Assembly: GCA_049600935.1 (NCBI GenBank)
Contig: JBMYQB010000006.1
Span: 1-61,019, forward strand
Reading direction: 5' to 3'
DNA: 61,019 nucleotides
From: Poseidonia sp.
Lineage (GTDB): Archaea; Thermoplasmatota; Poseidoniia; Poseidoniales; Poseidoniaceae
Below, piece by piece: positions 38,474 to 48,084 of the stretch. Positions within the stretch are counted from its first letter, which is position 1; each line of letters opens with the position of its first letter. The notes beneath the pieces are model-generated. The model was not told the DNA's origin, searched no databases, and saw only the letters and a program-made list of their open reading frames with translations. The position numbers and the translations under genes were made by a program.

Positions 38474-39483
38474 TCCTGCCCTACGCCGAGTAAATCTCGC
38501 ATGTCGCAGGCCTTGCATTGCGCACCTGAACTTGGACTTCCACATCGTGGGCACGGTGTCGGCGGAGCAGGGCGCTGCTCTTGGCCACCAAGGTCGACGA
38601 TTTGGTCTCGTAGGCCTTTGATTTGGTCCGCCATTCGCACCAAACCGTGTCGCGTTCCGGGGACATCCGCTTCCATCTTAGCGACCATTTCTCGATGCCG
38701 CCAGCGCAGAGCACCTCGAGCGTTTGGGCACTCTTCATGATGAAGAGGAAGGTCTCGGTGGAGAGCATAGAGATGCACCTCTTGTTCAGGAACCCAGCGC
38801 AACGGAACGATACGAGGGGAGAGTCCGTCAACGGGCGTGGCGGTGTGGGGCGCCAAGCGGAGGGTGCGTTCGATGTCGGCGTTGGCCATGTTCATCAGTA
38901 CGGTTTGTGCCATATCGTCGAGGTTGTGGCCCAAAGCGATGACGTCGGCGCCAACACGCTCTGCAAGATGATTGATTCCCTGACGGCGGAAGACACCGCA
39001 ATACGAACAAGCCATTCGAGGTGCATCGTTATCTTTCTGAATGACCATGGGAAGGCGCTGCACCACTTCGTCCATCTCAATGAAGGACAATTCAGGATAG
39101 GAAACAACGTGGTGCTCAACACCAAGGCGTTCGCAAAGTGCCGCAGCGCATTCAATTGAAGGTGGACGATAGCCCTCAATCCCCTCGTCGACGGTTCCGG
39201 CGACAATCGTGACGTCCTTTCGTTTTCCAACAAGGTCGACCAAGGCGTCCAGAAGAACAGCGGAATCCTTCCCGCCAGAAACCGCCACCAGCACCGTGGT
39301 GTGCTCCCCCTTCTTCAGCGGAAGCTGAAGCCGAAGTTCCCGGCTGATCTTCTTTCGAACGGACTTCGCAAGGTGTTTGCCACACAGGATGCGACCCGAA
39401 TAAGCCTGTTCCACCACAGCGGGTTTATCGCAGGAGTCACAGGTCGGGACGGAGAAGAGCATCTCCGCCTCCTTGCCGCCCAT
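38470..39483 (-). CDS. ncsA: tRNA 2-thiolation protein NcsA/Ctu1/TtuA family
   Basis: N-terminal CDSC..CGKH, PP-loop SGGKDS, CSYC, GHNLDD, EECP, C-terminal CPRC..CKAC. Confidence 0.9.
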   Translation of the reverse strand: MGGKEAEMLFSVPTCDSCDKPAVVEQAYSGRILCGKHLAKSVRKKISRELRLQLPLKKGEHTTVLVAVSGGKDSAVLLDALVDLVGKRKDVTIVAGTVDEGIEGYRPPSIECAAALCERLGVEHHVVSYPELSFIEMDEVVQRLPMVIQKDNDAPRMACSYCGVFRRQGINHLAERVGADVIALGHNLDDMAQTVLMNMANADIERTLRLAPHTATPVDGLSPRIVPLRWVPEQEVHLYALHRDLPLHHEECPNARGALRWRHREMVAKMEADVPGTRHGLVRMADQIKGLRDQIVDLGGQEQRPAPPTPCPRCGSPSSGAQCKACDMRDLLGVGQD

Positions 39484-39554
39484 GATTGCCGCTCGCAGGG
39501 CGTTGGGTTTCAAATGAGCGGCGGAACGGTTGTCAGTCGAGGAAAAGAGAGGTC

Positions 39555-39727
39555 AATATTTTCAATTGTAAATTCAAATATTCAATTGAAAAATCAAACC
39601 GATTCTCCCGCCGTACTCTGGAAAAAATGCCGACGGATTGTTGGTCATTTCAACGGACTGATATGGATTTGATGAGGTAGAATTCACTGTGCTGAAACCT
39701 AATTTTCAGTTGGAAAATGACAAAGGG
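39555..39727. promoter_or_regulatory. AT-rich intergenic array of palindromes and inverted repeats (origin-like or operator sites)
   Basis: TTTTCAATTG (39559-39568) and CAATTGAAAA (39583-39592); GTCATTTCAAC (39644-39654) versus GTTGGAAAATGAC (39709-39721); ATTTTC-AGTTG-GAAAAT (39702-39718). Confidence 0.5.
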
Positions 39728-39805
39728 TGCCCAAACAGGCAATTTTGCCCGTTGTGGCGCAAAACTTCTTGAAGGCTACAGCGGTGTCGCAAGGGTTGAG
39801 CAACC

Positions 39806-40147
39806 ATGCTGCAACGTCTCCTGAGTGAATTTCTCAAAGTGGACGGCGTGGTGCAAGCCATGATGATGGACGACCGTGGATCGTTGCTGTCAAGCGTTGG
39901 AATGGAGGGTCAAACGCCACCAATTCAGCAAACCGTCAACCTCACGATTGCTGCCTTGGATGCCGTGCAGCACCACGACCAAGGCGATTTGCACGAAGTT
40001 TGGATTGAAGGGGAGCAACAGATGCTCATCGACATCATCACGCCGTACAGAATCATGTTGCTTCGTGGAACCAAAGGGAACATTGCCCGCTGGAGGCATT
40101 CCATGGACCACTTCCGTCCTCAACTTGCGACAACCCAAGAAATGTAG
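39806..40147 (+). CDS. Roadblock/LC7 (MglB-like) domain protein
   Basis: 113 aa with the roadblock pattern: helix (LLSEFLKVDGV), hairpin (QAMMMDDRGSLLS), helix, strands (EVWIEG, MLIDII, MLLRG), final helix (NIARWRHSMD). Confidence 0.72.
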   Translation: MLQRLLSEFLKVDGVVQAMMMDDRGSLLSSVGMEGQTPPIQQTVNLTIAALDAVQHHDQGDLHEVWIEGEQQMLIDIITPYRIMLLRGTKGNIARWRHSMDHFRPQLATTQEM

Positions 40148-40157
40148 GTGAACAACC

Positions 40158-43100
40158 ATGTTTGAATTGCCATTAGGAAAGCCCGTCAGCGAACCCATCA
40201 AGCTCGAAGAAGGGGTGTTGCAACCCTTTGCCCACGGTTCAATCTCAACCTACATCGGTCGACGGAAAGCGCCAGTTGGACATCGCCTTGTTCGTGGTGG
40301 CCGCGTCGTTGGCTACCTCGCCGAGGGAACTGAGAAAAATGTCATGCTCGGTGGAACGGATGCCAAACACATGCTTGAATCGCTCGAGGCTGAAAAGAAG
40401 CCGCGTCTTCTCGCCACGGCCTACACCATTTCCGAACTCGGGGGTCTTGCCGAACTTGTTCCTGAAGCCTTCATTCACCAGGCCGACCGTCAGGGCCTCA
40501 AATCTTCCACCAATGCCGTGGAGCGATTGCTTTCCCGCGACCTCTCGACCGTCATTCGCACCTTGGAGGCGAACGATACGGTTCGTGGAGCCATGGCCAT
40601 TGACAGCGGGATGCTCATCGACCATGTCGGCGACCTGCCGGGGCTTGGAGAAGAGGAACGTTTGGCGAGCGAGTTGCACGAGATGATGGCCGCCATGGGC
40701 AGTCAGAAGATGCACGGAGAATGGGGGATGAAGGGGCAAAGCCACTGGACCCTCCACACCGATACCGGTGCGCTTTTGTTGGCGCAAAGTGGTGAAATCT
40801 CACTGGCGGTATGGACGGAAAAAGATGCCAACCACGGCCGCCTCCTTTCCTCTGCTTCAATTGCACTTGATGGCGACATCGTCGCAGCAGGCGCCCACGG
40901 TTCAAAGATGCCGGAAGGGTTCACGCTGAGAGACGGGCGAGGCGGTCCGGATGCTGTTGTTTCCATGCTGAAGGCTGCCATGGAAGAAGAGGTGACCGGC
41001 CACATTCAATCCGGTTCCTCGAGCAAGGCGGTCTCGTTGGTGCTGTCCCGTGGTGTGCCTGTGGCCTTGTGGGCTCCCTCGTTTGAGACCGAAGAAGCGG
41101 CGATGTTGGGTCTGACCGAGTCAAAACGGAAGGTCAAACTCATCCGATTTCCAGCCGGGACCATCGTCTCGTCCACTTCGGGAACGATTGACGCCTTTAC
41201 GCTCAACGGATTCATCAACGCCCTGGCGACCGTCCGAACGCGTTCGGAAGCAAGGCAAGCCTCGCTCAAGGCCTTGCTCGATGATTTACTTGGTTTCGAT
41301 GCGGGGCTGGAAGCCCTGCACAAGGCACGTGCTAAGTTGACGTTCAAGTCCGACGGCGCCGATATCGCCGAACCTCTCCCCGTGATGCGAGACGAAGCCG
41401 TCAGCGCAGTGGATGCCGGCCTACGACGAAAATTGGAGAAAGCCGAACAGACCATCGATGAACTCAACAAGGGCAAGGCCGTTTTGGAAAGCCAAATCAA
41501 AGCCCTCGAAAAGAAGAAAGATGCTGCGCAAATCGTTGCGAGAGAAGCCACTGAATCGCGTCAAGAAAACACCACGGCACTGGAAGACGCCCATGCCCAA
41601 CTCAACACGATGCAGGTCGACCTTGCCCAGGCTCGTGGACAGTTTGAGGAAGCAGAAACTCGCGCCGAGCGCCTGGTTCGCCGTGTCAACGAGTTGGAGC
41701 ACCAAGTCAGCGAGCGAGCAGCCGAATTGGCCAAAGCCATCGGCGATGCCGGAAGCAGTGCGGAATTGAAGACGATGATCGAAGAACTCTCGTTGAAAGA
41801 AGCCACCTTGCAAGCCAACCTCGCTGAAGGAAGCGAACGCCTCAACACCATTCGGCAGCAAAGCGAGGATGAAGAGCGACGCCTTCGCGTGCTCAGCGAG
41901 CAGGTGAACACCAGCCGCGAACGCCACGCACGCATTCAATCGGATTTGATTGCCGCCCAAGAGCAGGTTCATGTGAGCAACTTGGAACTCGATGCCGCAC
42001 GCACCGAGGAAAAGCATGCTCGGCAACGCACGGAAGAAGACCGAGTGAGAAGGGCCGAAGAAGAATCTCGCAGGGCGAACATCCAGGCTGAATTACGAGA
42101 ACTGATGGACGAGCGACGCCAAGTGCTGCGAGAACTCGGTGATTTGGGGGCTCGACGAGGTCATGCTGAAGCAGAACTCGCCACGCTCGTTGACAAAGCC
42201 ACCTCACTCGCCGAAGCCCATGAAGAGGCCCTCGCTGACATTCAGGAAGCAGAACGGCTGCGTGCACGCCTGGCTGAAGAGCCCTTGGCTCAAGCCTTGC
42301 TGGACGACAACAACACCTTCCAGGGCCTTGGTCCGGTGCTTGAGCGGCTGGAACACGCACGTGGCTTGGGCTACTCCGTGACGATGCTCGACCGTGCGGT
42401 GGAACGTGCGCTTCAGGTGATTCAGGGCACCGTCGACCATGTCGCTGCGACACCCCGTCATTTGCTCTCCTCGGAGGTCATGACGTTGCTTGAGCGGCAA
42501 GTGCCGCAAACAGCAGGAGCCGTACGCGGCCTCGCTCGCTGGTCGGTCCAGCAACGCTTGGAGCAGCAACTCGGCGAAACGGTCAACCACGTTGTGGTGG
42601 ACCTCGAGCACCTGCTCGAAGACTTTGACAGGTCGATTACGATGCTGCGACGGATTCGAAACGTGCTTGAGCAAGTGGAACGTCTTGGTGCGCCATCGCA
42701 CGAGGTTCACGCTCTTCTCGCCAATTGTCAACGACCAGAAGCCCTTCCGAGCCTCGCGCAAGGCACGAGAAAACTGATCCAGGTGGCTCTTGATGACATC
42801 TACTTGGAGGCCGACCAGCGGGATGCTGGAGAAGCCATTGGATTGGAGGAAACGGCCCGGGTGCTCGAGGAACTCATCACCCAGTTGGACGCCTCGGGAT
42901 TGACCGACGGTCGACCACGAGGCATGATGTGGGACTTCCAACGGGACGGTTTGCTGCCGTTTGAGCGAGAATCCATCCCGGCCGAACAACGCATTCCGGT
43001 CAACGAGAACATGTTGAGCGACCTTGAATCCCATCTTGTCCATGCCGAACAGGTTTCGGTGGTGGAAACGGCCAGCGAGGCGATTGACGAGGACGGCTGG

Positions 43101-43331
43101 TCACCCCTGCCTCCACCGACGGATGAGGCGGCCGAGGACGTTCATGAATCGACGGTGTCCGTTTCAGCGGCATCGATGGACCTTGATGATGAACGCGCTC
43201 AACTCGAGGCCGAACTCGCACGCTTGGATGCAGAGCGAAGCCATCGGATCAGCCACGACCCCGCCCCTGCAACACCGAAGGACACGGCGCTTGCTGACCT
43301 TGAATCACGGCTCTCTGAACTTGAATTCTGA
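40158..43331 (+). CDS. 1057-aa multidomain protein: DUF2226/PATAN-like, Roadblock, DUF2226/PATAN-like, long coiled coil, helical domain, acidic tail
   Basis: LPLGKPV..G.I..GHRLVRGGRVVG..Y.ISEL...PEAFI (aa 1-106); roadblock pattern at aa about 128-238; MPEG..MLKAAMEEEVTGHI..LVLSRGVPVA at aa 251-330; heptad E/K/R/Q/A-rich region at aa about 420-715. No Walker A. GGTGA RBS. Confidence 0.7.
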   Translation: MFELPLGKPVSEPIKLEEGVLQPFAHGSISTYIGRRKAPVGHRLVRGGRVVGYLAEGTEKNVMLGGTDAKHMLESLEAEKKPRLLATAYTISELGGLAELVPEAFIHQADRQGLKSSTNAVERLLSRDLSTVIRTLEANDTVRGAMAIDSGMLIDHVGDLPGLGEEERLASELHEMMAAMGSQKMHGEWGMKGQSHWTLHTDTGALLLAQSGEISLAVWTEKDANHGRLLSSASIALDGDIVAAGAHGSKMPEGFTLRDGRGGPDAVVSMLKAAMEEEVTGHIQSGSSSKAVSLVLSRGVPVALWAPSFETEEAAMLGLTESKRKVKLIRFPAGTIVSSTSGTIDAFTLNGFINALATVRTRSEARQASLKALLDDLLGFDAGLEALHKARAKLTFKSDGADIAEPLPVMRDEAVSAVDAGLRRKLEKAEQTIDELNKGKAVLESQIKALEKKKDAAQIVAREATESRQENTTALEDAHAQLNTMQVDLAQARGQFEEAETRAERLVRRVNELEHQVSERAAELAKAIGDAGSSAELKTMIEELSLKEATLQANLAEGSERLNTIRQQSEDEERRLRVLSEQVNTSRERHARIQSDLIAAQEQVHVSNLELDAARTEEKHARQRTEEDRVRRAEEESRRANIQAELRELMDERRQVLRELGDLGARRGHAEAELATLVDKATSLAEAHEEALADIQEAERLRARLAEEPLAQALLDDNNTFQGLGPVLERLEHARGLGYSVTMLDRAVERALQVIQGTVDHVAATPRHLLSSEVMTLLERQVPQTAGAVRGLARWSVQQRLEQQLGETVNHVVVDLEHLLEDFDRSITMLRRIRNVLEQVERLGAPSHEVHALLANCQRPEALPSLAQGTRKLIQVALDDIYLEADQRDAGEAIGLEETARVLEELITQLDASGLTDGRPRGMMWDFQRDGLLPFERESIPAEQRIPVNENMLSDLESHLVHAEQVSVVETASEAIDEDGWSPLPPPTDEAAEDVHESTVSVSAASMDLDDERAQLEAELARLDAERSHRISHDPAPATPKDTALADLESRLSELEF

Positions 43332-43339
43332 AGATTGAC

Positions 43340-43585
43340 ATGTCGGAAGAAGCCACCACGTTGATGGCCCGTGAAGAGGTCCCCGGCAAGGCGTATCCCT
43401 TGTGGTTAGAGCGCCTTTTTCTCTTGGCGGCCGTGATGATCTTCGTGTTCTTCAGCCCCGAGGTATCCCAGGCCGTTGACCACGCCTTGCTCGGACCGCT
43501 CGTGGCTTTCGTCGCCTTCCCACTCGCACTCTTGGCTCTGGTGGAAATCGCAGGTCGCTTGCTCCAGGCCAACCTGACCTCATAG
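43340..43585 (+). CDS. Small 2-TM membrane protein
   Basis: 81 aa, 8 bp after the previous stop; two hydrophobic helices. Confidence 0.65.
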   Translation: MSEEATTLMAREEVPGKAYPLWLERLFLLAAVMIFVFFSPEVSQAVDHALLGPLVAFVAFPLALLALVEIAGRLLQANLTS

Positions 43586-44797
43586 CTGGGTGAAGTCCTT
43601 GCTCTCCGGCTCAGGGGGAAGTCGGCTGGTTCTTGATTGGATGAAGCCGATAACTCGCTGCCAGGGAATGAAGAACCGAAGCACGGCCATGATGCTCAGG
43701 AAAAGCAGGGCGGAAATGACCAACCCGTAGGTCAGCGTGAGTTCAATCGATTCTGAGACTTGTCCGGCCCACTGACTCCCGGTCGTGTCGGACACGATGG
43801 TCAACAGCACCTTGTGGAAACCCAGCGCAACCATCGTGGCAACAGCGGTCAGCCCAAGGAAAAGGAAGGTATGGCGCAGATGGGTGTTGAGGACGTTGTC
43901 CATCTGACGCACGTATTCAGGGTCGCGCTTGCAGGACTCGGGAAGACGGAAGGCGTATTCGAGGTTGCGAATGACGCCGTAGCTGGCCTCTTGGAAGACC
44001 ATGATCAAGACAGCGATGAGAATGAGATTGAACTGTTCTTGTGTTACGAGTTTCAAACCGAACAAACCGATGGTCGGGTCCGATGTTTGGCTTTCCAGTG
44101 TGGCAAGAGCACCACCGTACGCACCCAGTTGGGATTTGATGAGCGGGAAGGTGAGGATAGCGTGAATGCCCAAGAACAGAAGCGTGAACCCAATGGCCCA
44201 TGCAATGGAACGCCGAGAGAGCCCCCAGATGCCTCGAGTACCCATGATAACGGGAAGGAGATAGATGAAGAGAATCATGAGCGACATGATCATCAACAAC
44301 GGCCATTGCAGTGTTTCCAATTCATCGTTGGTTGGCAAACGCAGGTCAAACGAGAAGAGCATGCCAGCAAACCAGGAAAGGACAAGGCGCCCTACGAGAA
44401 GCACGATGAGACCGACAATGAAGCCGAGTTTGATTCGCTGCTGAACCTTCGGAGACTGGAAGGCAATGAACGCCATGACACCGCCAAAGGACAAACCCAG
44501 TACCAACGGAACGAAAAAGCGAGCCATGCCCGTTCGCCCTTCGCCCGTAAGCCAATCACCCAACGGCAATTGGTCAGAGATGAGCAATTCGATGGAGTCG
44601 AAGAGGATGGTGTGGTCGATTGAACCAACGACGTAGGTGGAAACAACCTCGAGGTACATCCCCACCAGCGCCACGGTGGCGATGATTTGAAGGGCGAGAA
44701 TCTGCCACTGGCGTCGCAGGTTCTTCAAGTGAAGCGTTCGAGGCTTTGCCGCACCGTCGAGGTAGACGTCCGATTGAAGACCGACTTCACCCGCCAT
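43580..44797 (-). CDS. Hypothetical polytopic membrane protein (about 8 TM)
   Basis: 405-aa hydrophobic ORF starting 1 bp after the DUF58 gene stop. Confidence 0.75.
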   Translation of the reverse strand: MAGEVGLQSDVYLDGAAKPRTLHLKNLRRQWQILALQIIATVALVGMYLEVVSTYVVGSIDHTILFDSIELLISDQLPLGDWLTGEGRTGMARFFVPLVLGLSFGGVMAFIAFQSPKVQQRIKLGFIVGLIVLLVGRLVLSWFAGMLFSFDLRLPTNDELETLQWPLLMIMSLMILFIYLLPVIMGTRGIWGLSRRSIAWAIGFTLLFLGIHAILTFPLIKSQLGAYGGALATLESQTSDPTIGLFGLKLVTQEQFNLILIAVLIMVFQEASYGVIRNLEYAFRLPESCKRDPEYVRQMDNVLNTHLRHTFLFLGLTAVATMVALGFHKVLLTIVSDTTGSQWAGQVSESIELTLTYGLVISALLFLSIMAVLRFFIPWQRVIGFIQSRTSRLPPEPESKDFTQL

Positions 44798-44798
44798 T

Positions 44799-46058
44799 TC
44801 AGTACCCCCTTACCTGCATCAAGGCCTGCGACAAATCCATGTCGGGCATCCAATCAATAACTTGCGCACCCGAACCTGCAAGAGTCGTCAGGCGGTTTTG
44901 TCGCTCCAACTTGAGAACTTCATAGGACATCCGTGGAATACGGCTCACCAATCGCTCAAAGTCAACGCTTGATGGCGATAGGACGGTGACCTCGTGTCCA
45001 CGTCCAACGAGGTCTCGAACGGCTGCAGGCACCGTTCCGTCACCCTCGCATGAGGAGATGATGAAGACCGGGCTTCCACGGCTGAACCGTCCGCTCAAGG
45101 AGTTGGTCACCGCTTGCAGGGGCATGGCGCCTTGGGGGCGTACACCTGCAAGGGCGCTCAGGATTTTGAAGTACTGCTTGTCGCCCGTATCGGGAGGCAA
45201 GTAGGACAGTTTCTCGTCGTAAATCGCCAGCGCCACGGAATCTCGGCGTTTGAGGAAGAACGCAGCAAGGCTCGCTGCGGAGACCGTTCCCATTTCAAGG
45301 GGATTCTTCAGCACCGTTCCGATACGGGCAAGGTCTCGGCTGTCAAGGATGAGGTAGAGGTCGGTCACGGCGTCGCGGCACTTTTCGTTGACCATCAGGT
45401 CGCCGGTCCGTGCAAAGGCCTTCCAGTTGATGTTCTTGAACGGGTCTCCCGGAACATATTCTCGAAGCGAGTAGAACTCGGAGCCTTGACCGGGGGTGCG
45501 CAAGGTGGTGGCTCCAGTGTACATTTTTGGCGTTCGACTTCGCAAGAAGGCTTCTTCGATGTCCTTGATTTGTGGGAAAATGACGATGTCGCTGTGGTGA
45601 TCAACATACATCTCCTCAACACCGAGGTTGAAGGTGTTGCGAGCTCGCAGTGAAACGGGCCCGATGGAATAGTGTCCGCGCAGCGGGCATCGCAAAACAT
45701 AGCGGATTCGAGCACTTTCACCCGGACGGAGATTAAGTTGCATTTGATTCAGCCCACTACGTAGCTTCATCTCGTGCGGAATGTTATCGTAGATGTCCAG
45801 CATCTGCGTCTTCCGATTGCTGCGGTTGGTGACGAGAAGTTCAACGTACAGGTCGTCGCCCTTGTAGAGGTTGTCGGCAGAGAGCGTGCGTTGAACCTCA
45901 ACGTCGCCGTGGCCCGAAATCCACGAGTTCACGACGATGAACGCGATGAGGCTCAACCCGAGAATCATCATTTGTTGATTGGAAATCATCATCCCGATCA
46001 AGACCAGCGCAATTCCGCCGGTGAACGTGAAGGCTGCCTTACGTGTCCACATGTTCAC
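44799..46058 (-). CDS. DUF58 family protein (MoxR-associated type) with N-terminal TM helices
   Basis: RGHYSIGP, GSEFYSLREYVPGDPFKNINWKAFAR..LMVNE, LILDSR, DSVALAIY, VFIIS. Confidence 0.9.
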   Translation of the reverse strand: MNMWTRKAAFTFTGGIALVLIGMMISNQQMMILGLSLIAFIVVNSWISGHGDVEVQRTLSADNLYKGDDLYVELLVTNRSNRKTQMLDIYDNIPHEMKLRSGLNQMQLNLRPGESARIRYVLRCPLRGHYSIGPVSLRARNTFNLGVEEMYVDHHSDIVIFPQIKDIEEAFLRSRTPKMYTGATTLRTPGQGSEFYSLREYVPGDPFKNINWKAFARTGDLMVNEKCRDAVTDLYLILDSRDLARIGTVLKNPLEMGTVSAASLAAFFLKRRDSVALAIYDEKLSYLPPDTGDKQYFKILSALAGVRPQGAMPLQAVTNSLSGRFSRGSPVFIISSCEGDGTVPAAVRDLVGRGHEVTVLSPSSVDFERLVSRIPRMSYEVLKLERQNRLTTLAGSGAQVIDWMPDMDLSQALMQVRGY

Positions 46059-46061
46059 ACC

Positions 46062-47684
46062 TCACTGACGCCCCCACGCTTTGATGCGTTTCACCAGCGC
46101 AACGGTCTGTTCAAGCGTGTATTTATTGCTGGATTCAACGGCAAATTTCGCCAAAACAGGGTCGTTGATCATCGATACCAGTTCGTTGGCTTTCATCGCC
46201 TGGAATTCTTCTCGGTTCAATCCGTTTTGATTGCGAACCTTGGAAAGGAAGACCTGTCGGATTTTTTCCACTTTGGAGTAGTATGCGTAGCGATTCGCAT
46301 CACCAAAGCCGTAGTAGATGATGCTGAACACGTGTCGCCAAGGCTCTGGGTCTCGTTTCTTGATGAGCACGGCTTCGAAGGTGATGAACAGAATGAGGAA
46401 CAGAAGCAGCATCGCCAATCCTTCGCCCGTGAAATACACGAGAAGGAAGTAGACGGTGTTGTAAGAATCAGCGGCCAGAGCGCTCTGTGGATGGCGGGAC
46501 TCGTCGAAGATGACCATGGCGTTCTCGGCCGGTTCGCCAACTTCATCAATACGCTCGCTCATCAACGCTTCAGCGATAAAATCGAGTGCCCACTTCCGAT
46601 TGTCGTTGCTGGGCATCATCGTGTCGGTCGGTCCGTACTTTCCTTCGTTGAAGCCCTCGTAATCGTACATGGCGTTGATGAGAGCAGAACCATCGGCGAC
46701 GAACACAACCCGTCCACCATCCGTGGGTGAGCAACTGGCTCGGGCGCAGGCCTCGATGCTGAGGTTGAATTGGCCCCATCGGTCGGGGGTTTCAGGTGTG
46801 ATTTCGTTGCCAACCCAAATCTCACCGTCGCCGTTGACGTCGACCGTTGCCTCGTTGCTGGTTAGCGCACGGACGGCGACCTCGGAAAGCGGACCACGGA
46901 CACCTGGAATGATTTCCAACCCCGTGATGTTGTTGAGCAGGAGTTGGTAGGTGCCGTTGTAATCAACACGCCCGTTGATCATGTGTTGTTCGCACAACGG
47001 TGCCTCGCCAGACACGAAATTCTGTTCGTCAAGTTTGGAGCAGGGGTGCTCGCCGGGCCCGCCTACCTGCGCCCAACGCTCGTGCGTTGAGAGCGTGGAG
47101 GGGTCAAGCTGAGTGCCGTTCATGCCGCAGGGATTGCTCTGAACGCACATCCAGACATAGTTGAAATCCAATTCAGCAGCGTATGTGGTGTCGAAGACTT
47201 GCTCACCCGTGTAGCGTATGCCGAAGGCTTCAGCAATGGTGTTCGCATAGCCGTAGTCTTCGAAGATCATGGCCGTGCCGCCGGCTTCGACAAACTCAAC
47301 GATGGCGTTGATTTCTGAGGGAGAATACCCTGCACCCGAGGCGATGGTGATGAATCCATCATCGTCAAACTGAGGCAGCGAAAGGGTGTCGCGCTCCACA
47401 CCCGCCAACACGTAGGTGGTGTTTCGTGGGTCTTCGATGTCGGCGAGCAGGAGCGGGCTGCTTACGAGGGAGCGTGTTTCAATCCCCATATCCTTGATGT
47501 CTTCACGGAAAGCGGACATGTCGTTCCAGTCATCGTCGTAGGCAGAGAGTTGATTGGTGGCACTGAGGTTGATGAAATTGAGAAGAATCGTCATCAATAA
47601 AATCAGCATAACCGCCCAAAACGACGCTTGGAGAGCCAACCTCCGAGCGTTGAAATTGGAAGGAAGGCCAAGCATACGAATCAC
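46062..47684 (-). CDS. DUF4350-like membrane-anchored extracellular protein
   Basis: N-terminal TM, SAYDDDWNDMSAF, EINAIVEFVEAGGTAMIFEDYG.AN, GGRVVFVADGSALIN.M, VIFDESRH, TM near the C-terminus. Confidence 0.65.
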   Translation of the reverse strand: MIRMLGLPSNFNARRLALQASFWAVMLILLMTILLNFINLSATNQLSAYDDDWNDMSAFREDIKDMGIETRSLVSSPLLLADIEDPRNTTYVLAGVERDTLSLPQFDDDGFITIASGAGYSPSEINAIVEFVEAGGTAMIFEDYGYANTIAEAFGIRYTGEQVFDTTYAAELDFNYVWMCVQSNPCGMNGTQLDPSTLSTHERWAQVGGPGEHPCSKLDEQNFVSGEAPLCEQHMINGRVDYNGTYQLLLNNITGLEIIPGVRGPLSEVAVRALTSNEATVDVNGDGEIWVGNEITPETPDRWGQFNLSIEACARASCSPTDGGRVVFVADGSALINAMYDYEGFNEGKYGPTDTMMPSNDNRKWALDFIAEALMSERIDEVGEPAENAMVIFDESRHPQSALAADSYNTVYFLLVYFTGEGLAMLLLFLILFITFEAVLIKKRDPEPWRHVFSIIYYGFGDANRYAYYSKVEKIRQVFLSKVRNQNGLNREEFQAMKANELVSMINDPVLAKFAVESSNKYTLEQTVALVKRIKAWGRQ

Positions 47685-47777
47685 AGGGAGAGGATTCCCA
47701 CCCGAATACGGCTCACACTGACTTTAGAAGGTTGTCCACCCAAGTGGGAAAAATGCTCATCGGCGCATCCCAGACCA

Positions 47778-48017
47778 TCAGGTGTTCAAATGGATTTTTT
47801 CTGCGATACGAGCCACGGCATTTCCGGGTATTTTGACGGTGTTTCCAACATTATCAAACGGGAGGGCATCGGCGTTCAATCCTGCGTCCACCTCGACCAG
47901 CAACTCACTGATGAGCCCGGTGTTGAGGTCAACGTGCATGTCGGCCAACACACCCATCACGGCCCCGGTTCGGTCAACCACGGCGTTTCCGAGTATTTCA
48001 CGACCAAAAATCGCCAT
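47778..48017 (-). CDS. Small PRC-barrel domain protein
   Basis: EILGNAVVDRTGAVMGVLADMHVDLNTGLISELLVE...KIPGNAVARIAEKI. GGTGA/GGAG RBS. Confidence 0.85.
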   Translation of the reverse strand: MAIFGREILGNAVVDRTGAVMGVLADMHVDLNTGLISELLVEVDAGLNADALPFDNVGNTVKIPGNAVARIAEKIHLNT

Positions 48018-48084
48018 GCAGTCCGACTCCTTGCTCACCTTGGAGGGGCGGAATCACATCAATGCGTCGGTGATTGATTCACCC

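Noticed and set aside
40158-43331. SMC/Rad50 chromosome segregation protein
   Set aside because: Long coiled coil but no Walker A/B, signature motif or hinge.
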